A stretch of 64,000 nt of DNA, from positions 1 to 64,000 of the IMG/VR virus record IMGVR_UViG_3300032046_005540. The stretch is one strand, 5' to 3'. The position numbers were made by a program, and so were the translations under genes. Of this stretch, positions 58,187-64,000 are shown piece after piece. How positions within the stretch are numbered: position 1 is the first letter of the stretch; each line of letters opens with the position of its first letter. The notes under the pieces were generated by a model. The model was not told the DNA's origin and searched no databases. It saw only the letters and a list, made by a program, of their open reading frames with translations. The DNA is from a virus.

Positions 58187-59068
58187 TAATTTTCCTTCTT
58201 TTTCAAAGTATACCTATTTTTCTTCATATAATGCTTTTTTATAATTTGTCCTTCGTGAACTTCAATAAACATTTCACTATACGGGAAGCTACACAATTCT
58301 TTTAAAAGCTCTTTAATTTTTTTTAACTCCTCTTCCTCTATATGTTCTAAAATAACACAGATGTCCGATATCTCCTTATTTCTCATTTGACTCCTTTACT
58401 TTATATAACTTGAGCCTTTCTACTAAAACAAAAGTATTCCCAGTAAAAACAACTTTAGGTCTTGAATAAACTTCTTCAACTTTAATAACTTTTGGATCTC
58501 TTTGAATTTTTTGTTCTTTTACTGCTAAATCATTCAAAGCCTTTGTTATGCTCAAAACATCACTAATGTCATTTTCATCAGTTCTTAATTCTACTTCTTC
58601 TATATTTGCTGGAATACCAGCTTCAGGTATTTTAAATAAAAGTTTTGAGATAGGCTTTTTATCATCATTTTCCTTTGTAGTCCTTAGAGCGCTCATGGAA
58701 CAAAGTTTAACAAAATCATCTTCTCCTAAAGCATATACTTCAGGCCCTTCAACTTTAGGAATACTAATACCTTTAGGTGAAGGCTTTTCGTCTGAGGGTG
58801 TATCTGTTTTCTTTGTGTTATTCTTTTTTTGTTCTTCTTCGTAGTTAATTTCAACTACAGTCACTCCATCAGAATGTTGAACATAAAAAGACTTTAATGC
58901 TTCTGAAGAAATTCTTTTACCATTAACAAAAACTAAGACTCCTTTTTGTTGAATATCAGATTCTACTTCTTTCATTTCTTCTTCTACCATTTCTATCCCA
59001 GCCTTATCATCTGTTTCAGCTGCAATTATCTCTGCTGCAATTTTTTTACTTCTTTTACCTTTTACCAT
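58186..59068 (-). CDS. Two hypothetical proteins (58186-58386, 58376-59068)
   Basis: ORF track; translationally coupled to polyprotein A. Confidence 0.55.
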
Positions 59069-59128
59069 TTTTACTACCTCCTTTACTTTTTTAAATATTT
59101 AACTTAACTTTTTTTTTTATTTTTAAAG

Positions 59129-59353
59129 TTAGAATCTAGGTATAAAAACAACATCTAAAAGTTCCACATCACTCATCATTGCAAGAAAAAAAGATCTAGT
59201 TCCATCCTTGCTAATGTCAAAAGCAAAAAAGAGACCTCGTTCTACGGAATAAGGTTCCACAGTCCTCAAACTAGTATCTCCTTTTTGAGTAGTATACATA
59301 AATCTAATCAAACGATGGCTTTCAATTCCAGTATAAATATCTTCAAGAGCCAT
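59129..59353 (-). CDS. Stand-alone WYL-domain protein
   Basis: IRFMY...G..S.RTVEPYS.....FFAFD..K...RSF.L..M; GGAG RBS precedes ATG 59353. Confidence 0.75.
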   Translation of the reverse strand: MALEDIYTGIESHRLIRFMYTTQKGDTSLRTVEPYSVERGLFFAFDISKDGTRSFFLAMMSDVELLDVVFIPRF

Positions 59354-60248
59354 TTGCAAACTCCTCCAATTTATAAATAAGAACATCTCTCAAAAATTCA
59401 TCATAAAAATCAAAGTACCAAATACAAAAACATTCAACTCCAACACTTTTATATTCATTTATTATTCTTTCGTGGTGATCCCACCAAAGTTCTTTCGTAA
59501 TAATAGGATCATGAAAATATCCTCCTAAAACCTCAACAACTTTTTTAGTTTTCTTAAAAGGTTCAACAATAAAATCTGGATTTCTATTTTTATATTTACC
59601 ATTTTTAATAGGAATCCAAAATTTTCCGTTACCTACGTATTTTACATTCTTAGGAACTACCTTCATTACTTCTTGTTCAAGTTTACTAGGACCTATACTA
59701 GCTTTTTCTTTACCTTTTTTCATTTTTCTTAACTCTTCTTCAGAGGGTTTTCTACCTCTTAAAGCTTTACTAATTTTCTCTTTTGTATTATCAAAACAAG
59801 GATGTCCTTTTAAAGCATTACTTATTTTTCTTTTATGTTCTTCAGAAAGAGGCCCTCTTTTTTTACCTTTATTTGATTTACTTATTTTCTGTTTTGTTTC
59901 TTCAGAACGGTATGTTCCATAAAGAGGATTTTTTTCTCCTTTTTTTGATTCCCCTATTTTTCTTTTTGTTTCTTCAGAACGAGGTATTCCTTTTTTAGAT
60001 TCACTAATTCTTTTAACACCTTCACTAATTTCTTTTGTTAAATTTTTATTCCAAGCTTTTCTCCCTTTAAGAGACTCGCTAATAGTTCTTAACTTATATC
60101 CATTTCTTTTAATAATATTTCTAATAGTCACATCACTACAATTCCATTTTTTAGCTAAAACTATACTATTTAATTTCTCTTCAGAAAAATATTCCTTACA
60201 AATTTGTAATTCCTGCTCTTTTGTAAATATTTCCAAAGTTATCACCAA
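59343..60248 (-). CDS. Free-standing homing endonuclease: HTH + NUMOD3 array + PD-(D/E)xK nuclease
   Basis: [18 protein letters not shown] repeats; NPDF...[10 protein letters not shown]. Confidence 0.75.
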   Translation of the reverse strand: MVITLEIFTKEQELQICKEYFSEEKLNSIVLAKKWNCSDVTIRNIIKRNGYKLRTISESLKGRKAWNKNLTKEISEGVKRISESKKGIPRSEETKRKIGESKKGEKNPLYGTYRSEETKQKISKSNKGKKRGPLSEEHKRKISNALKGHPCFDNTKEKISKALRGRKPSEEELRKMKKGKEKASIGPSKLEQEVMKVVPKNVKYVGNGKFWIPIKNGKYKNRNPDFIVEPFKKTKKVVEVLGGYFHDPIITKELWWDHHERIINEYKSVGVECFCIWYFDFYDEFLRDVLIYKLEEFANGS

Positions 60249-63200
60249 TTTCTCCGATCAAAAGACCTCTTTCCTCCAACTCTGTCCTTCAGATTTTTAC
60301 CCTTTTTCATATTCCAAAGAGATCCTCCTTTTGTTGGAGGGTGACTTGTTCCTAAAGATATAGGCATTCCCCCTAGACTTTTATGTAATTCTCGAATTAC
60401 TTTACTACTCATATCCTTCCTTAAATTTAGTCTATGTATCAAATTAGCTGACACTACACAAAAATCATCAGAAGTAACTGGGCCACTTGTTGGTGCAGCG
60501 TAATAGACAGTTCCGCCACTTATTATTTTTTGTAAATATTTCAACTCAAGCTTTAATTTTCCAGGCCAATTTTCTAAAGGGCTTTCATCTATCCCATAAC
60601 AAAAAACATTGTTTTGATTCAACTGCTCTAAAAAGGTTCCGAACATCTCACTTTTGTAACTATTAGTAAAGGTTGTTTCAAATGCAGGTAATTTCATTTT
60701 TCTTAATTTATTAACACTATCTATACTGGACCATTGATCATAACAAATTTCTATAACCTGCTTTCCCATCACACTTAAATTTGCAATCAATTTCAATAAA
60801 AATTCCATCACTACATCTGGATCAATCCTTTCCATAACAATTTTACCATCTTCCAACAATTTTACTGTAGGTTCAAATCCTTTTAAACCATCAATCCAAT
60901 ATCTTTCTTGAGGCCTATCTTCTCTATGACCCCAAGCAATAGCATAAGTGTCAGATTTGCTTGCGGGGTCTACTGTTATAATATACAACTGACCCGGGCG
61001 GCCTTTTAACAAAATTGGAGCAGTTGGAATAACCATATTATCTATTTTTTCTGGATTCAAAAATGTTGAAGAAGGTTCTCCAAAATGTGCTCCATATTCC
61101 ATTGCTGCAGAAACTGGGTCTTTTCTAAAATCATCATCAAAACTTTTTCTTTCATATTTAGGATTTGCTTCCCAAGTTGCAAGTTGTAACATTAAATATT
61201 TTTGATTTTTATAAACTTCTTCAGTTTTAGTTTGTTCTTTTCCTCCTGCAGAACAATACAAAGAATAAAACTCTCCAGCTTTTTCAGATGGAGAACTAAT
61301 TGCTATAATTAAACCATCATCTCCAAAATCTTTAACCGAAGGAGTTAAAGCAACCCACATTGCGTGGTCTGTTTGAGGTGCATCTATAAATTCTAAAGTT
61401 CTTTTTCTATAACTTGATCTGGAAAAATGTGCCATTTCATCAAAGGACAAACAATTATGACTTATAAAACCATTTGAAGTAAAATTATGAGTTTTCGGAA
61501 CAGTTACATCATACATTAACTGGCGAGATGAATTTTCTTTTTTAACTATTTTATCCCAAATACCTTTTTCTACAGTAATAACAAACCTTTTTGGTTTTGA
61601 ATGTTTTCTTTTTTGTAATTTTTTTACAAGAAAATCTAATCGTAAAGTATTATATGTATGCAATGTTCCAATTTCTTTAGCATATAACAATATATCATTA
61701 CTATGTACAGAAATTGCATAAATAACATTAGACCTTTTTATAGTTCTTTTCGAAGAAATAATTCCAAAATTTAATAAAAGTATTTGTAACTGATGAGCGA
61801 GTTTTTCTGAAACAGTGTGCATAGAAAGACATCCCCCACTATTTTTATCTCCAGGTTCAACACACCCATCACCATCAAAATATGCTTTTAAAAACTCTTT
61901 CACTATTTCCTTTGGAGACTGTAAAATACACCATGGAATTTCCTTTTTATAACTATTCACATAATCTATTCCAATAAATTCCAAAAATTTTCTTACTTTT
62001 TTACTACAAATAATAATACTAAAACATTTTTTAGTTGCTTTAAATTTAGAAATAGATGTTGACTTTTCATAAATATATTTAACATCAGGAAAACATTTTT
62101 TTATACAATATTTTATATCATTTAAAATTTCTTTATTAGTATTAGAAATGCTAATTTGTGTTTTCTCTGTTACATTTCCTTCTGCAACTAAATAACCTAA
62201 TAATCTAGCAAGTTCCTTTGACATCTTTTTAGGAACTTTTACATCTTTATATCTATTACATTTTCTCCAAAAATTAAAGGTATATAAAGGTGTTTTTGCA
62301 TATCTTTCTTTGTACTGATGTAAAGTTATTTTATGAGTATGTAAATGATCTTCATTTATAAGTTTAAAAAATTTTCCACAAATTTCACATTTTATTTCTT
62401 TTTCTTTATTACCTTTATATTCGTCCCAATAATTATAATTAAATTCAAAATTCTTCAAATTTCCAAAATAATTTTGTCCCTTTTGAATATAAACCCAATC
62501 ACCTTCTTTTAAACTATTTAATTCTTTATATTCAATATTATTTTCCGAAGACATTGTTAATATTTTATGATCTCTCGTTCCAACTAAATCAAATCCAAAT
62601 TTTGTAGTTATTTTTATGCTTTCTTTTTCACCAGAACACATTACATGAGATGTTATAGCCTTCCCAGTATTACCATACAATTGTATTTTTTTATTTAAAA
62701 CAGTTTCCTCATTACACTGAACAACATCTCTTATAGGAATTATTCCCTTCTCAGTAAATATCAAAGTATCTCCAGAAACACATTGAATTGCTTTTCCTCT
62801 TTTAGTTGCTGCAGATGTAGTAACGGATTCAATACAAATTGAACCCCGTAAAAGGTTCTTTTTCATTGAACCTTTTGGTTTCCCTTCATTAAACTTTTTT
62901 ATTTGAGAATTTAAAAACAAATCATAAGGAGAAAACACCCTCAATTCAGTTTCATTATCTTTTTCAAAGTCTATATACTTTTGAAAAAATTCAAGTTTTT
63001 TAATATTATCTTTTATAAGATTAAAGGTTTCTTTTGCTTGTTCTCCATCCGAAGCACAATTAAGAATATGAATTGGATGTCTTTCTCTTATATTATAATA
63101 TTTTTGAGGATTACCTTTACAAACAAGTTTATATGCTTCATATGAAGCAATCCAAGAAACTACAGAACTTTTTGATCCTCTCCTACCTATAACTAAAATT

Positions 63201-63478
63201 AAAACTTCAATTACTTGTTTTGCATTTCTATGTTCTAAATCTAAATCAATATTCCATTCAGTTTTTAGAATATCAATTATTTTCTGTTCTTCTTCAGTTA
63301 TAGGATACTTTTCCCACAATCCATATAACAACTTTAATACTAAACTTTGAAAAGGGAAAGGTCTTTCACCTAACCATTTATGAGAAGTAATAAAAGTTAA
63401 AGCATCTACTGGTTCAATCGGTGCGGTTAGTAAAACTCTTTCTTCGTATTTTTTATCTACTAAATCTTTGAAGGTCAT
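60242..63478 (-). CDS. terL: Terminase large subunit with intein
   Basis: GRRGSKS Walker A, IQ|[10 protein letters not shown] Walker B after splicing, ISSP motif, nuclease VDPA..SD...YDQW...DDF. Confidence 0.88.
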   Translation of the reverse strand: MTFKDLVDKKYEERVLLTAPIEPVDALTFITSHKWLGERPFPFQSLVLKLLYGLWEKYPITEEEQKIIDILKTEWNIDLDLEHRNAKQVIEVLILVIGRRGSKSSVVSWIASYEAYKLVCKGNPQKYYNIRERHPIHILNCASDGEQAKETFNLIKDNIKKLEFFQKYIDFEKDNETELRVFSPYDLFLNSQIKKFNEGKPKGSMKKNLLRGSICIESVTTSAATKRGKAIQCVSGDTLIFTEKGIIPIRDVVQCNEETVLNKKIQLYGNTGKAITSHVMCSGEKESIKITTKFGFDLVGTRDHKILTMSSENNIEYKELNSLKEGDWVYIQKGQNYFGNLKNFEFNYNYWDEYKGNKEKEIKCEICGKFFKLINEDHLHTHKITLHQYKERYAKTPLYTFNFWRKCNRYKDVKVPKKMSKELARLLGYLVAEGNVTEKTQISISNTNKEILNDIKYCIKKCFPDVKYIYEKSTSISKFKATKKCFSIIICSKKVRKFLEFIGIDYVNSYKKEIPWCILQSPKEIVKEFLKAYFDGDGCVEPGDKNSGGCLSMHTVSEKLAHQLQILLLNFGIISSKRTIKRSNVIYAISVHSNDILLYAKEIGTLHTYNTLRLDFLVKKLQKRKHSKPKRFVITVEKGIWDKIVKKENSSRQLMYDVTVPKTHNFTSNGFISHNCLSFDEMAHFSRSSYRKRTLEFIDAPQTDHAMWVALTPSVKDFGDDGLIIAISSPSEKAGEFYSLYCSAGGKEQTKTEEVYKNQKYLMLQLATWEANPKYERKSFDDDFRKDPVSAAMEYGAHFGEPSSTFLNPEKIDNMVIPTAPILLKGRPGQLYIITVDPASKSDTYAIAWGHREDRPQERYWIDGLKGFEPTVKLLEDGKIVMERIDPDVVMEFLLKLIANLSVMGKQVIEICYDQWSSIDSVNKLRKMKLPAFETTFTNSYKSEMFGTFLEQLNQNNVFCYGIDESPLENWPGKLKLELKYLQKIISGGTVYYAAPTSGPVTSDDFCVVSANLIHRLNLRKDMSSKVIRELHKSLGGMPISLGTSHPPTKGGSLWNMKKGKNLKDRVGGKRSFDRRNW
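61454..62782 (-). mobile_element. Intein (443 aa, LAGLIDADG) in terminase at the Walker B strand
   Basis: AIQ|[13 protein letters not shown]...GTRDHKI...LGYLVAEG...[10 protein letters not shown]...[21 protein letters not shown]|C. Confidence 0.92.
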
Positions 63479-63489
63479 AAGTTTATTTA

Positions 63490-63843
63490 TTATTTTTCTC
63501 CTTTTTCAAATTCTTCTGGGTAATTTTCTTGATATTCTTGCCACAATTTTTGCATTTCTTTAAAAAGACTGTTATAGTGTTTTCTCTTTATAGAAGCAAA
63601 CCTATAATTTATCCAACGATCAAAAACTTCTTGTAAAGTTGTTTTTCCTTTTACAAGATTCTTTATAGCAGTTTGAAACCATCCTTCACTTTCCCAGTCT
63701 TCTCCCAAAAGAGTTACTACTTCCCCATAATCATCTTCAATATCATCTTTATCATATTTAAAGGCTCTTTTCCTCATACTTAATCTTTGACTCGATGTTT
63801 TTCTAAATCTTTTATTTTGATCTTGCGGTATAATTAAAATCAT
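63490..63843 (-). CDS. Single-module protein with N-terminal RFRKTS/RLSMRKRA linker motif
   Basis: Motif at about aa 12-28; AGGAGG RBS. Confidence 0.6.
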   Translation of the reverse strand: MILIIPQDQNKRFRKTSSQRLSMRKRAFKYDKDDIEDDYGEVVTLLGEDWESEGWFQTAIKNLVKGKTTLQEVFDRWINYRFASIKRKHYNSLFKEMQKLWQEYQENYPEEFEKGEK

Positions 63844-63865
63844 TTTACTACCTCCTTATTAAAAG

Positions 63866-64000
63866 TTATTCTTCATTTTCATTATCAACAATTTTTGCAT
63901 CTGCGGTTACCATCATTTTTGGATCTAACAAAGGGGAAATTCTTTCATCAAGTTTTTCTACAAATCGTTCTCTTACCCTATCCCTAGTTAAAGGATCTTC
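63866..64000 (-). CDS. C-terminal end of an upstream gene (partial; possibly small terminase by position only)
   Basis: Open frame EDPLTRDRVRERFVEKLDERISPLLDPKMMVTADAKIVDNENEE* from the window edge. Confidence 0.4.
   Translation of the reverse strand, partial: EDPLTRDRVRERFVEKLDERISPLLDPKMMVTADAKIVDNENEE

Noticed and set aside
3136-59998. Plus-strand ORFs and short nested minus-strand ORFs in the track
   Set aside because: They are antisense or alternate-frame shadows of longer genes, rich in F/L/S, with no RBS or motifs.
1-64000. Diversity-generating retroelement or CRISPR array explaining the repeats
   Set aside because: No reverse transcriptase is visible, the main repeat pairs are exact rather than adenine-mutated, and there are no regularly spaced repeats.

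Overview
AT-rich segment of a large tailed dsDNA phage (Caudoviricetes, probably jumbo-sized). Essentially every credible gene is on the minus strand and reads in the standard code. It contains the head module: intein-containing large terminase, intein-containing portal, prohead protease-scaffold fusion, decoration protein and HK97-fold major capsid, followed by a repeat-rich beta-helix tail fibre. There are four paralogous free-standing homing endonucleases, a sigma-70 factor, def, map, dNMP kinase, spoVG, MgtC, several proteases, an endolysin, a tRNA-Glu, a tRNA-like RNA, and a block of small early-type genes behind a repeated TGTGTATAAT promoter. The main unexplained feature is a pair of giant ORFs (3263 aa and 1185 aa) plus two small ORFs built as strings of unrelated or paralogous domains. 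The domains are separated by one conserved peptide, L-x-[MLF]-[RK]-[KR]-x-[AS] (typically LSMRKTA), with about 25 clear copies in the window. Cargo modules include a complete sigma-factor-like domain, a Pol-beta-type nucleotidyltransferase, an ADP-ribosyltransferase-like domain, LRV repeats, a DUF4240-like domain and two unrecognised amplified domain families. Direct repeats show modules being duplicated and exchanged at these linkers. My inference is a motif-punctuated polyprotein system whose products are sorted into the capsid and/or released by a phage protease cutting at K-x-A. All family assignments come from motif recognition by eye, not database searches, and module boundaries are approximate.
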